Shown here piece by piece: positions 20,420 to 30,473 of a DNA stretch of 32,762 nt; within the stretch, counting starts at the first letter, position 1; each line of letters begins with the position of its first letter. This DNA is from Thermoproteota archaeon (GTDB lineage Archaea > Asgardarchaeota > Jordiarchaeia > Jordiarchaeales > Freyrarchaeaceae): contig JAPDJY010000056.1 of NCBI GenBank assembly GCA_029258835.1, positions 1 to 32,762 of the forward strand, in the 5' to 3' direction. The translations under genes and the position numbers were made by a program. Below the pieces are notes generated by a model. The model did not search any database, was not told the origin of the DNA, and saw only the letters and a list, made by a program, of their open reading frames with translations.

Positions 20420-21607
20420 GTGCTTTTTGACGAGACACAAAAGGAGAGAGGACGCTTAGCGTTAAACTACCGTGGTTTAAAGGGGTTACTGGAGGAGGAA
20501 GGCTTCCAATGCATACGGCTGGTGGAATTTCCCATCACAGAAGATAAACTTGAAAAATTTGATATTTTTGTGATTCCATGCCCTGACCAGTCCAAGTTCA
20601 GCCCTGCAGAGGTTGATGCTATAGTGGATTTTGTAGCCCGTGGCGGTAGCCTTTTAGTTATGAGCCATGCTGGGGGAGATCCAGGGTTAAGGACAAACCT
20701 AAACACAATAATGGAGAAATTTGGCGTTTCATTCCAAAACAACCAAGTTGTAGATGAACGGCAGAACTTTGTCCATAGTAACATGCCTAAAATTACCCGT
20801 TTTGCGGATCATCCGATTACTCAAGGCATTAATGAGTTATGCTATCCTGCAGGCTGCGGTTTGAAGGTTATTGGTGGAAACGCTATAGGAGTTGCATTTG
20901 CAAGCAAAACTGCAGAGCCACCAGAGGCGACTATTATAGCGGCTGCGGAGTTTGGGAGAGGGAAAGTTGTAGCCTTAGGGTCCTACGAAATATTTAGAGA
21001 TAGAACAGCTGGAGGGTTAAACACTGCTCAAAATGCACTTTTAGCGTTAAACATTTTTAACTGGCTCAAGGAGAAGAGGAAAATAAGCGTCCAAAGAGCA
21101 GAAGCCTTAATGGAAACAAGAGAGATTTCCACTGTAACCATGCCAAGCACTGAAGCAGCAACACGTATTCCTGAAGCAGTTGAAGGCGTTCAGCGCCCGG
21201 CGGTAGCGGCGTATACGCCCGAACTTGATAAGATCCTTACGGAAATCGTTAACCTACGGAGACGGTTTGATGGTTTTGTAAAAGAATTTAGAATATTCGC
21301 TTCAAGAATGCTATCTCAAAGAAGAAGAGAGGGAGTGGTCGTTACAAGGCCGTCCTTTGAAACAACAAGAGAGACTCTTCCACCAACAGCGATCGAAGAA
21401 TTAGAAGAGCTTGAAAGCAGACTTAAGTCCCTTAAAGACCAATTGGAGTATATAACGAGAAGATATCAGGCGGGGGCAATGGAAAAGGCCGAGTATGCTG
21501 CACAACGATCAAGGCTTCGAGGAGAAATACGTTCAGTCATCGCTAGTATAAAAGCGCTTAAAGAGAAAGCAGGGTTACAATATGAAGAATATGAAGAGGA
21601 ATTCTGA
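20420..21607 (+). CDS. GIFT (GldG/IFT52-like) domain protein with coiled coil and steadiness-box-like C-terminus
   Basis: LFDETQKE, ITEDKL, KFSPAE, GGSLLVM..GG....TNLN....FG, YPAGC, GKVVALGS..IF.D, N......FNWL; no signal peptide; tail LEYITRRYQAGAMEKAEY. Confidence 0.72.
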   Translation: MLFDETQKERGRLALNYRGLKGLLEEEGFQCIRLVEFPITEDKLEKFDIFVIPCPDQSKFSPAEVDAIVDFVARGGSLLVMSHAGGDPGLRTNLNTIMEKFGVSFQNNQVVDERQNFVHSNMPKITRFADHPITQGINELCYPAGCGLKVIGGNAIGVAFASKTAEPPEATIIAAAEFGRGKVVALGSYEIFRDRTAGGLNTAQNALLALNIFNWLKEKRKISVQRAEALMETREISTVTMPSTEAATRIPEAVEGVQRPAVAAYTPELDKILTEIVNLRRRFDGFVKEFRIFASRMLSQRRREGVVVTRPSFETTRETLPPTAIEELEELESRLKSLKDQLEYITRRYQAGAMEKAEYAAQRSRLRGEIRSVIASIKALKEKAGLQYEEYEEEF

Positions 21608-21657
21608 GGGACATTTTCGTGAAAGCATCCTCTTGATAGGAGAAGCGGTCTAAACCT

Positions 21658-22263
21658 TTATTTCCGCCTTCTTTCCTCTCGCTTGAATTCTTCAACTTTT
21701 TTCCTGATCCATGAGTTAAGGACGGACTTTGCCTCAGCCATCATCTCTTTCACTTTCTCAAATAAATTTAGTATGAAAGATATTATTTCATCCGCCCGCC
21801 AACGGTCCTCATGCGTAAAGAGAAAGGTAACGTCATAACCTTCCTCCGTATCTATTACATTAAGCTTCTTTCTAGCAAGCTCCCTCACCAGCCTTTTAAC
21901 TAGATATCGTTCAACTTCGTCATGTTTCTCGAAACGGAGAGAAATTATTGAACTATTAATGGTTTTTCTCCCCCGCCCGAGCTTTGTTTCGACTTCTTGG
22001 TAGCCTACGTTGCCGCACACGTCTTCACAGACAATGCAAGGGATATCGACGCCTCTCTTAGGGCATGTATACGGTTCCAAATCTAAGAGGAAACGCAAAG
22101 CGTCAGCTAATTCTTCCAATTCAAGCACTGTAATTTCCTCTAACGCATCGAATCCTTCATCAAGAAAAGACGCATCTAAGTCATCGTCTACACTAAACCT
22201 GAAAACTTCTTTCCTCTCACCAGAGCCCAAGGGATAGCACCCCAATACGAAGTTCGTATTCAC
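21658..22263 (-). CDS. ARPC4 (Arp2/3 complex subunit 4)-like protein
   Basis: INSSIISLRFEKHDEVERYLVKRLVR..EGYDVTFLFT..IISFILNLFEKVKEMMAEAKSVLNSWIRKKVEEF parallels the eukaryotic ARPC4 C-terminal half (INS..S....DEIE..L...EGYDISFL.T...EEF), compared from memory. Confidence 0.75.
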   Translation of the reverse strand: MNTNFVLGCYPLGSGERKEVFRFSVDDDLDASFLDEGFDALEEITVLELEELADALRFLLDLEPYTCPKRGVDIPCIVCEDVCGNVGYQEVETKLGRGRKTINSSIISLRFEKHDEVERYLVKRLVRELARKKLNVIDTEEGYDVTFLFTHEDRWRADEIISFILNLFEKVKEMMAEAKSVLNSWIRKKVEEFKREERRRK

Positions 22264-22455
22264 TGTTATTTAGTGCTACTAAAGGCGGATTTGTTTTTTA
22301 AGTAACCCATTAGAGACTCTTAACACCACCTCGCTTATTTATTTTTCTTATTGTTCCGTTTTTCCCTCACTCTCCACCTAAATCTAACAGCATGGGTTGG
22401 AAACGTAATGACTCACACTCCAGCTTTCTAGAAGAGAAAAATGTAAAAGCAAGAG

Positions 22456-23328
22456 ATGGTTAAACTTGCCCGTGAGGGAAGAAAAGTGTTTACAAGCAAG
22501 AAAACGATGTTAAACAAAGAAAAGAAGATAGTAATCCTAGTAGTCCCAGGGTTCTTAACAGCGAGCAAACATGCAAGTTCAACGATCTCTGAATTATTCT
22601 TTGACGCATTTTTCTTGAACTTACCAGAAGAGTTAAACGAAACGTTAAGGCTGTTCCTGAAGGGTGAAATTGATGAAGACGAAGTATGGCAGGATTATGC
22701 GTCCTTAACGGAAAGTAGTGAACCAGTAGTTCATGCAACGAGAAGATGGTTCTCCCCCATGCTTAATGCGCTAAGAAAAAGGTTTAAGGAAAAAGCGTTT
22801 GATTTATACTGCTATGAAGAAGCACAGAAACACAAAGAAGCAAACCAACTTTTAGAAGAGCAGTTATATCTTGAGTTTAAATGCAAAGTCACAGGAAAAC
22901 TGTTTTTGGACGAGTGGAAACATATAATTAAAAAATGTTTGGATGCAAATAATAAGAGTTCCATTTCCCGCAAGATCATAGTTAATGTTAATGACTATTC
23001 GAGTGTATGCATTTTATCTCGAGGGAGAGTGCGGGCATTTAGGCAAAATTTAGGAGGAAGAAAAGTTAAAATTAAGTACATATACCATTATTGGCGTCCA
23101 CCTTTAGAGAGCCTTTTGATTCTTTCAAGCATCTACGACATAGACAAGATGCCCGAAGAGATATTTAAGGATTGTATTAAACAGCATTTAAACTACGTTG
23201 AATTCATACTACAAGCAGAGAGCTTAGATTCCGCCCATGAAAAATGGGTGAAAAGCCTAAGTTTAAGGAGGAAGAAGCTGTTCAGAAGCAAAGATAAAAG
23301 TGACGAGGAGGCTTACAACTTTTACTGA
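22456..23328 (+). CDS. Hypothetical protein
   Basis: 290-aa ORF filling the intergenic space; no recognised motif. Confidence 0.7.
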   Translation: MVKLAREGRKVFTSKKTMLNKEKKIVILVVPGFLTASKHASSTISELFFDAFFLNLPEELNETLRLFLKGEIDEDEVWQDYASLTESSEPVVHATRRWFSPMLNALRKRFKEKAFDLYCYEEAQKHKEANQLLEEQLYLEFKCKVTGKLFLDEWKHIIKKCLDANNKSSISRKIIVNVNDYSSVCILSRGRVRAFRQNLGGRKVKIKYIYHYWRPPLESLLILSSIYDIDKMPEEIFKDCIKQHLNYVEFILQAESLDSAHEKWVKSLSLRRKKLFRSKDKSDEEAYNFY

Positions 23329-23440
23329 CAAAAGGAGGAAAACAGAGGAGGCATGGTTCTTTCAAATCGATTTTTTAGAGGGAAAGGTTAAAATTTGATG
23401 TTGAACATAAAGGGAACCCCCTAAAGGAGGGTAAATAGAG

Positions 23441-24649
23441 ATGGAGTTTTACATTGGGGAAGCTTTGGTTGGCAAAGGAGCAGAAGTGGCCCACATAGAT
23501 TTAATAATAGGAGATAAGATGGGGCCGGTCGGCATAGCGTTTGCACAGGGATTAACTCATATGTCGCAAGGACACACGCCCTTGCTAGGTGTAATTCGCC
23601 CCAACTTGCCTCCTAAGCCTCACGTTTTGATAATCCCAAAAGTAACCGTTAAGAACATGGAGCAAGCTAACAAAATTTTTGGGCCAGCCCAGTCAGCTGT
23701 AGCTAAAGCTGTAGCAGATGCTGTAGAGGAAGGAATAATTCCAGAGGATAAAGTTGAAAATTGGGTAATAGTGGCAAGCGTGTTTGTTCATCCTGAAGCG
23801 AAAGACTACAGGAAAATATATCACTACAATTATAGTGCAACGAAACTGGCATTAAAACGTGCTTTAGAAGCCTACCCGCCTCTAGAGAAAATAATGTATG
23901 ATAAAGATAGGGCGGTGCATCCGATAATGGGGTTCAGAGTGCCACGATTATGGCGGCCACCTTACCTTCAGATAGCACTAGATAACCCGTCACTAGAGCA
24001 AGCGCTCCGCGTAGTTAGGGAAGTTCCTAAAAGCGACATGATCATATTAGAAGCGGGAACGCCGTTAATAAAGAAGCATGGAGTAAGCGTCGTTAGCAAG
24101 CTTAGAGAGCTTGCCCCAGACACGTTCATAGTAGCAGACTTAAAAACGCTGGATACAGCGCAAGTCGAAGTAGACCTAGCCTACGAGGAAACTGCAGATG
24201 GTGTTGTTGCCTCCGGACTAGCTTCAAAAGAGGCAATTGACAAATTTATCTATGAAGCGAAGCGTATGGGGGTCTACGCCTTCCTAGATATGATGGAGGT
24301 GGACGACCCGATAACAAAACTTAAATCACTTAAGAGACTGCCAGACGTGGTAATAATTCACAGGGCAATAGACACTGAGGCATCTGGTAGGAGGTCGAGG
24401 TGGGAGTTAATAAAGGAAATTAATCAGGAATTTAAAGGCCATAAAATGCTCTTTGCTGTAGCAGGAGGGATAGTGCCGGAGACTGCTGAAGAAGCGCTAA
24501 ATGCTGGAGCTCACATACTTATAGTGGGAAGGTACATTACACAATCTAAGGATATCAGAAGGTCTGTTAGAGAGTTCCTTGAAATACTCAAGACGAGGAT
24601 ACCTGGAGAGCCAGGTGATATAGACCTATTAAGAGTACACGTGGAATAA
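23441..24649 (+). CDS. fae-hps: Bifunctional formaldehyde-activating enzyme / 3-hexulose-6-phosphate synthase
   Basis: Fae domain [30 protein letters not shown]; HPS domain [41 protein letters not shown]. Confidence 0.93.
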   Translation: MEFYIGEALVGKGAEVAHIDLIIGDKMGPVGIAFAQGLTHMSQGHTPLLGVIRPNLPPKPHVLIIPKVTVKNMEQANKIFGPAQSAVAKAVADAVEEGIIPEDKVENWVIVASVFVHPEAKDYRKIYHYNYSATKLALKRALEAYPPLEKIMYDKDRAVHPIMGFRVPRLWRPPYLQIALDNPSLEQALRVVREVPKSDMIILEAGTPLIKKHGVSVVSKLRELAPDTFIVADLKTLDTAQVEVDLAYEETADGVVASGLASKEAIDKFIYEAKRMGVYAFLDMMEVDDPITKLKSLKRLPDVVIIHRAIDTEASGRRSRWELIKEINQEFKGHKMLFAVAGGIVPETAEEALNAGAHILIVGRYITQSKDIRRSVREFLEILKTRIPGEPGDIDLLRVHVE

Positions 24650-24684
24650 AGCAAAATTTTCCTAAGCAAAGGAAGCAACGTAAA

Positions 24685-24858
24685 TTAGGAGCTTGGAAAT
24701 TCGTGGCCACACTTTGGGCAACGTATGAAGCCGCAGTTACCCAGAGCAGACGCGGCACAGCCGCTACATGCAAACGCTCGAGAGTAGCTAATGTCAAAAG
24801 TGAACCCGCATTGAGGACACGTAATGAGTCTATGTGAGGATCGTTTACGTCGATACAT
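24685..24858 (-). CDS. Small Cys-rich zinc-finger protein
   Basis: CPQC..YSRAFACSGC..NC..CPKCGHEF; ATG at 24858 follows GGAGG (ORF track starts at 24873). Confidence 0.7.
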   Translation of the reverse strand: MYRRKRSSHRLITCPQCGFTFDISYSRAFACSGCAASALGNCGFIRCPKCGHEFPSS

Positions 24859-24959
24859 TACCAGCGCCTCCAAGTTGGTTTTAGCAAAAAAGCGAAAATA
24901 AACATTTCGAAAACGGGGACGCTTCTAACTAAGTTTTCTGGAACTGTAAAAGTTGTTGC

Positions 24960-26087
24960 TTACTTTATTTTCTTAACGGCTTCTTGGTGGTAGCCTGTGA
25001 TAATTTTAAAATATCTACCTTTCATTTGATTGTCCAGTTCTGGATCGCCAGTGTCAACCCTTAAGGAGGGGAGGGTTGAAAGCTTGTAGGGCGTAGCCAC
25101 TATGATTATGTTTTCGAGACCAACTCTTTTTATGACCTCGCTACTTATTTGCTGGTTTCCTCTTCCAAAAATGTATCCTTGCCGCCCGATAGGAGAGATG
25201 ATTATCTTTGCAGGCCTTCCCGAGATCTTTCTGAGTATTTCCTCCTCGTCAACGTCCTTAGCTATTACGCGTCCATTCTCAATTAGATCTACGCCAAGAA
25301 CTGTTTTTTCCACGCCTAGAACGTCCGCCACAGCTTTACAAGTAGACCCAGGACCTAAAATGTAGATGACATCTGGCTCCAGAAGCTCCTTAACATACTT
25401 GGCGATAGCATACTGGTCGTCCCTTTCATCCTGCACGGTGGGACTCATCACCTTTGCACCTTGAAGAAGGGTGGGTTCATAAGGAGTCAACGCGTATCCT
25501 TTCAGCTTAACTAAAAGTTTACCCTGCCTGAAGGCGTCTTCGTCAACATCTAAGACCTCCGCCTCCCTTACAGATAGTTCCTCCCAAAGAAAACGTATTG
25601 CAAGATGTCCAGCCGACTCGGGAGACGTTGCAAAAGTAGCAGACCATATCTTAACGCCCGAGGGAATGCCTAGGATCGGCACCTCCTTATCGACGGCCTT
25701 TAGAAGATCTACCGTTGTTCCGTCTCCTCCAGCATAGAGGATAAGAGGCACGTCCATTTCAACCATGAGACGGGCAGCGTTAATAGTATCTTGGGGTGTA
25801 GTTGGCTCAGAAATATTTAACGAAAGAACATGCGTGTGAAAGCCGTGTTTTTCCGCTATAGCAGCCCCCATAATTCCAGGAGGGCACACCAAGCATATTG
25901 CAGACCCTACAGAGCTTAAAACATTTAATGCTCTCTCGGCACGCTCAAGGGAGACTAGTTTAGCACCCCTCTTAAGCGCAACTTTAACGAGTTCAGGATC
26001 ATCTGACCCTTTAAATCCGTATTTACCTCCTATTCCGGCAATGGGATTAACGAGGAATCCTAATAGTTTAAGGGACATGCATACCAC
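24960..26087 (-). CDS. ATP-NAD kinase / AcoX-like family protein
   Basis: LVNPIAGIGG...KGSD, AGGDGT, GIPSGVK, GQ-like GRQGYIFGRGNQQIS, VDTGD. Confidence 0.88.
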   Translation of the reverse strand: MVCMSLKLLGFLVNPIAGIGGKYGFKGSDDPELVKVALKRGAKLVSLERAERALNVLSSVGSAICLVCPPGIMGAAIAEKHGFHTHVLSLNISEPTTPQDTINAARLMVEMDVPLILYAGGDGTTVDLLKAVDKEVPILGIPSGVKIWSATFATSPESAGHLAIRFLWEELSVREAEVLDVDEDAFRQGKLLVKLKGYALTPYEPTLLQGAKVMSPTVQDERDDQYAIAKYVKELLEPDVIYILGPGSTCKAVADVLGVEKTVLGVDLIENGRVIAKDVDEEEILRKISGRPAKIIISPIGRQGYIFGRGNQQISSEVIKRVGLENIIIVATPYKLSTLPSLRVDTGDPELDNQMKGRYFKIITGYHQEAVKKIK

Positions 26088-26272
26088 CAGCTGGTGTTAA
26101 ATAAGAGAGCAAGTCGTCCTTAAAATATTACGTTTCAGAAAACAGGGGAAGGGCTTCCTAAAAAAGAGGAAAGAGCGAACAGTCAAATAATGGTCAAAAA
26201 CAATGTTTATTCTAAGGAAAAAGTTAAAAGTTCGAAGATCTCCCATTTTTAGGGAGAGAGGGGACGGTCACG

Positions 26273-27439
26273 TTGATAAACATCAGGGCAACCTTAGCGT
26301 TTCTCCGTGAACTAGCTAAAAAAGCTGGAAAAGAAATTAAGGCCAAGAAACACATTCTCAAGCAACCACATGATAAGATAGTTTTCCTGCTAGCTCATCG
26401 TCCAGACGGTGCCCTTAAGGGTAGAACCACCTTAGCCAAGGTTCTCTGTATCCTTGACAGTTTAGTGCTAAAGGAGAGAGACTATCTCGTCATAGACTAC
26501 TTTGGACCTGAAGATGCTAATTTCCCAAGGGCTTTAGGATTCGCAGCCAACGAGAAGCTTATACACATTCAAACATTAAATTCAAGCGAGCACGTCCTAT
26601 TAACATGGCGCGGGTATAACTACGTTAAGAGCAAAGGGATTCCCCGTGTAGAAAAGCTAGCAGAGCTTCTCCAAGAGCTGTTAGCCTTCTCTCAGAAAGC
26701 GGACAGGAACCTAGTTAATACGGCTTACATGTTTTTGTTTAACATAACGGAGGACGATTGGGGAAGAAGAAACATACCGTTTGAAGCGTTCATAAAAGGA
26801 GACACCATAGTGTATAATTCTCTAGCCTACAATTTATACAGGTACAAAAAAGGAAGCAGGTTTAGGAGGGTAGCAAATCCTGCAATGCGTATGAAAGAAT
26901 CATTAAAAGTAGAGTTGGATGACGTGACCCTTCCCCGTCTCTCCGGGCATGGTTTAGATGGAGACGACATGAAGGACGGGCAAAGTTACGCTTTCCCGTA
27001 CCTAGAAGCAGCTAACATGTTTCTAATGGTTACAAGTTGCCTTCCAACCTTAGAGGACGTAGCGGGCACAGCATTTTCAAGGACGAGCTATTACGAAAAA
27101 CTGGCGGGGGTTAAAGAGTTTAAGGTAGAAGAGAGAAAGGAGTATGCTGCAAGGAAGCAGGCAATATTGAAGACGTGTAAAGTCCACTTGGAAATACTAT
27201 GCGAGAGGGGGCTAATGGAGAAGAAAAAGGGAAAGAACATTAAAACATACCAACCAACTGCTAGAACGTACCTGGTTGATGGCGCCGCTTATAACCTAGC
27301 GAATAGGAGAAAAGCAATGTTCTACTGGAACAAAATGAAAAACTACGTTGAAGAGTATAGAAGGCGCTTGCTCCAAACCCACCGTCAAAATGCGGTTTTT
27401 AGTCAATTATTGATGGATGACTACGTTTATTTTAGGTGA
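26273..27439 (+). CDS. Hypothetical protein with Panacea/DUF4065-like winged-helix N-terminus
   Basis: LKGRTTLAKVLCIL..DYFGP..LLTWRG pattern; overlaps the downstream HD gene by 4 nt. The domain call is tentative. Confidence 0.55.
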   Translation: MINIRATLAFLRELAKKAGKEIKAKKHILKQPHDKIVFLLAHRPDGALKGRTTLAKVLCILDSLVLKERDYLVIDYFGPEDANFPRALGFAANEKLIHIQTLNSSEHVLLTWRGYNYVKSKGIPRVEKLAELLQELLAFSQKADRNLVNTAYMFLFNITEDDWGRRNIPFEAFIKGDTIVYNSLAYNLYRYKKGSRFRRVANPAMRMKESLKVELDDVTLPRLSGHGLDGDDMKDGQSYAFPYLEAANMFLMVTSCLPTLEDVAGTAFSRTSYYEKLAGVKEFKVEERKEYAARKQAILKTCKVHLEILCERGLMEKKKGKNIKTYQPTARTYLVDGAAYNLANRRKAMFYWNKMKNYVEEYRRRLLQTHRQNAVFSQLLMDDYVYFR

Positions 27440-29079
27440 ATTGTTTGCATCGAGAATCATGGAAAGTACGGGATGTTATCTGGGGGGACGTGTTCCTTAC
27501 AGCTGAGGACAGGAGAATACTTGACACCTTTGAAATGCAACGGTTAAGAGGGATAAAGCAGCTGGATTTTGCTTTCTTAGTTTACCCAGGTGCAGAGCAT
27601 ACCAGATTCCAGCATAGCTTAGGAGTAAGGGCATGCGTCGATCGGATAATAAGTGCTTCAAAGTTACCGGTAGATGAGGAGGAGTTAAGGCTTGTTAGAG
27701 TTGCTGCGTTGCTCCATGACGCAGCAACACCAGTCTTCAGTCATGTAGTATCCGACTTTTTCCGTCGGTTCTACCCTGACATAATCCCACCACACGAGAA
27801 GTTCGTGGGGGAGGTACTTGAAGGCGTATGCTATGAGAAATATATCGAAAGGCATCCTGAAGCAGAAGGAGAAGTGCCTTCACTAAAGGAGGCGTTGCAA
27901 GAGGAGGGGTACAGCAGGTCTGACAGAAGGAAAATTGTGAGAATAATAACAGGCGAGTTTAAGCCGAAATACATAGCGCAGCTTGTCAATGGAGCGCTGG
28001 ATGCAGACCGTCTCGACTATCTGAAAAGAGACGCGTACTATACAGGTGTCCCTCAAAGCTACGATGACAGAATATTCTCGTCGTTCAACGTGGGTGAGGG
28101 TGACGAGCTAACGCTGAAAGTTAAACATGACGCTATAGGAGCAGCGGTAAGCGTCCTTGAAAGCCGCTTCTGGATGATGCAGAAGGTTTACCTTCACCTA
28201 ACGGTTCTAGCGGCAAATTGCTTAGCCTTAGAGATGCTGGTGAAGGCGCTCGGAGATTACGACTTCTATGAGCTCTTCTTCTTAGATGACGCGGAAATTC
28301 TTAACCAGTTTATAAGGTCAGAGGTAGAGGAAGTAAGGGTGCTTGCTTGCAGGATGCGTTACCGTAAATTACCAAAAAAGGCGTATGTGGCACATTTAAA
28401 GGAACTACCCGAGAAAGTTTCCAAGGCGGCTTTAGGGATGATAAACTACCATGAACTCCAGGATGAAATAGCCAATGAAGCAAAGGCTATAAATCCACGC
28501 TTGGAGATCGATGAAAAGGACATTTTCTTGTATCTTCCAAGAGACTACTATAAGGGGGCTGAGGAGGTGAGAGTTGGCGACGCCACGTTAGAAGAGTATG
28601 ACCCTAGCATAGTTCAAACTTTGAAGGCGAGATATGAAAGCTTAATGCAGGTGTGCGTATACGTTTCAAATAATGGATATGTTAAAACCGTAAATGACGC
28701 TTGTGTGAGACTATTCGGGGTTAAAAGCGACTACGATCCGAACACGAGGAGGCCGCCCCTAAGGAAAAAGGGGAGTGTGGATGAGGAAATACTGCGTTTC
28801 TTAAAGAAAGTTAGGGATGGGGCAAATTATGCTTTAAAGGCTCTTAGAACACTCGTGGAAGTTGCAGAGGCTTGCAGCCGGGACAAGCTAAGCGAGATGA
28901 TGGGTGTTGAAGCCACCACGGTTTCAACGTATCTTCAACAAATTTACAGGCTTCAAAAAATGCTAAGGCAGCCCGTCCTATTGAGGATGAGGGAGGGAAG
29001 GAAAATATTGTGGGAGGTAAACCCTAATTTGAGGGAGGGATTGCGGAGGGGCCTCAGAATGGTTGAGAGGGGGGAATAG
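27436..29079 (+). CDS. HD-domain phosphohydrolase (SAMHD1/YdhJ-like) with C-terminal HTH
   Basis: QRLRGIKQL, YPGAEHTRFQHSLG, LLHD, DADRLDYLKRD, VYLH; C-terminal SRDKLSEMMGVEATTVSTYLQQI helix-turn-helix. Confidence 0.88.
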   Translation: MNCLHRESWKVRDVIWGDVFLTAEDRRILDTFEMQRLRGIKQLDFAFLVYPGAEHTRFQHSLGVRACVDRIISASKLPVDEEELRLVRVAALLHDAATPVFSHVVSDFFRRFYPDIIPPHEKFVGEVLEGVCYEKYIERHPEAEGEVPSLKEALQEEGYSRSDRRKIVRIITGEFKPKYIAQLVNGALDADRLDYLKRDAYYTGVPQSYDDRIFSSFNVGEGDELTLKVKHDAIGAAVSVLESRFWMMQKVYLHLTVLAANCLALEMLVKALGDYDFYELFFLDDAEILNQFIRSEVEEVRVLACRMRYRKLPKKAYVAHLKELPEKVSKAALGMINYHELQDEIANEAKAINPRLEIDEKDIFLYLPRDYYKGAEEVRVGDATLEEYDPSIVQTLKARYESLMQVCVYVSNNGYVKTVNDACVRLFGVKSDYDPNTRRPPLRKKGSVDEEILRFLKKVRDGANYALKALRTLVEVAEACSRDKLSEMMGVEATTVSTYLQQIYRLQKMLRQPVLLRMREGRKILWEVNPNLREGLRRGLRMVERGE

Positions 29080-30350
29080 TGCAAGAAAAGAGGATTCTGA
29101 TAAAGGATCCAATCTACGGGTACATTCAATGCAGTCCAGAGGAAAAAAAGATAATAGACACTGAAGCCGTGCAGAGGCTGCGTAGGATTAGGCAGCTTGC
29201 AGGTAGCGAGTTCGTTTACCCTGCTGGAGTACATACTAGATTTGAGCACTCACTCGGGGTTATGCATCTTGCAGGGTTATTAGCTAGTACCCTTATTGAG
29301 AAGGGAGTTTTGGAGGAGGAAGGGTTACGGCAGATAAGGATTGCCGCGTTACTCCATGATGTGGGACATGGCCCATTTAGTCACGTCTTTGAAGCCCTCC
29401 TAATAAGGCACCTAGGAAAAACGCATGAAGACATGACGGTGAAAGTGATCACCGAGAGCAGCCTGAAAGATGTTTTAAACGAGATAGGGTTAAACGTTAA
29501 GGACACGGCGCTTTTAGCTGTAGGTAAACTCGATAACAGGAAGAGAGAATTTTGGAGTCAAATAATTTCGAGTACTGTTGACTGCGATAAGTTAGACTAC
29601 ATCTTAAGGGATTCTTACCATACAGGCGGAGAGTTCGCGTCTATAGACGTCTTCCGACTAATTTACACTATCGACTTGTACGAGGGGAGCTTGGCTGTGG
29701 ATTTAGCCGCTCTCCCGACCCTTGAAGCGTTCCTTATAGCTAGGCTTGAACTCTTCAGAAGCATATATTTCCATAAAGCTTCGAGAGCAGCCCAGATTCT
29801 CTTAGAAAAAGCCCTTGAAGAAGCACATAAAGAAGTGGACATATTGAAATTAAGTGCTGAAGAATATCTGAAGCAAGACGACTACACCATGTGGACCCTA
29901 CTACTTCAATGCGAGAAATCAAGGGAATACATTGAAAGACTGCGGAGACGCGACCTTTTAAAAGTAGCTTATGAAAAAGCGTCCTTCACCAAGGACGGAG
30001 TTTTCCCGACGATCCTCACCAAGGATAGTGTTAGAAGGCAACTTGAAGAAGAGATCGCTGGAGAGGCAAGCGTCGATGTGGGGGAAGTGTACATAGATGT
30101 GCCAACCTTACCGTCAGTTCCCTACCACCACGCAATGAAAGACGAACCGATGGAGATACCTATTTTTCAAAGGCAAAAAAATGGAAGCAAGAAAATCCTA
30201 CGTCTTGGGGACGTCTCCAACATTCTCTCAGTCATGAGGGGGTTCCTAAACATAATCAGAGTGTATACAAACGTGAAAAATAGAGAGATAGTGGCGGAAG
30301 CCTCAAAGAAAATACTTGGAGAGCCGTTCTCCTCCAAAATATCTTACTAA
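29079..30350 (+). CDS. HD-domain phosphohydrolase (SAMHD1/YdhJ-like dNTPase family)
   Basis: IKDPIYG, QRLRRIRQL, HTRFEHSLG, LLHDVGHGPFSH, HE, DCDKLDYILRD, IYFH. Confidence 0.93.
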   Translation: MQEKRILIKDPIYGYIQCSPEEKKIIDTEAVQRLRRIRQLAGSEFVYPAGVHTRFEHSLGVMHLAGLLASTLIEKGVLEEEGLRQIRIAALLHDVGHGPFSHVFEALLIRHLGKTHEDMTVKVITESSLKDVLNEIGLNVKDTALLAVGKLDNRKREFWSQIISSTVDCDKLDYILRDSYHTGGEFASIDVFRLIYTIDLYEGSLAVDLAALPTLEAFLIARLELFRSIYFHKASRAAQILLEKALEEAHKEVDILKLSAEEYLKQDDYTMWTLLLQCEKSREYIERLRRRDLLKVAYEKASFTKDGVFPTILTKDSVRRQLEEEIAGEASVDVGEVYIDVPTLPSVPYHHAMKDEPMEIPIFQRQKNGSKKILRLGDVSNILSVMRGFLNIIRVYTNVKNREIVAEASKKILGEPFSSKISY

Positions 30351-30473
30351 GAGCGCAGATGCGCAAAACGGTTACTGAGCAAATTCATGGGGTTTAAACC
30401 AATCGGCACTCCATTAAATTTTTCAAGGAGAGAAGCGAAAAACATCTTACAACTCTAATGAGAGGGGAAGATA

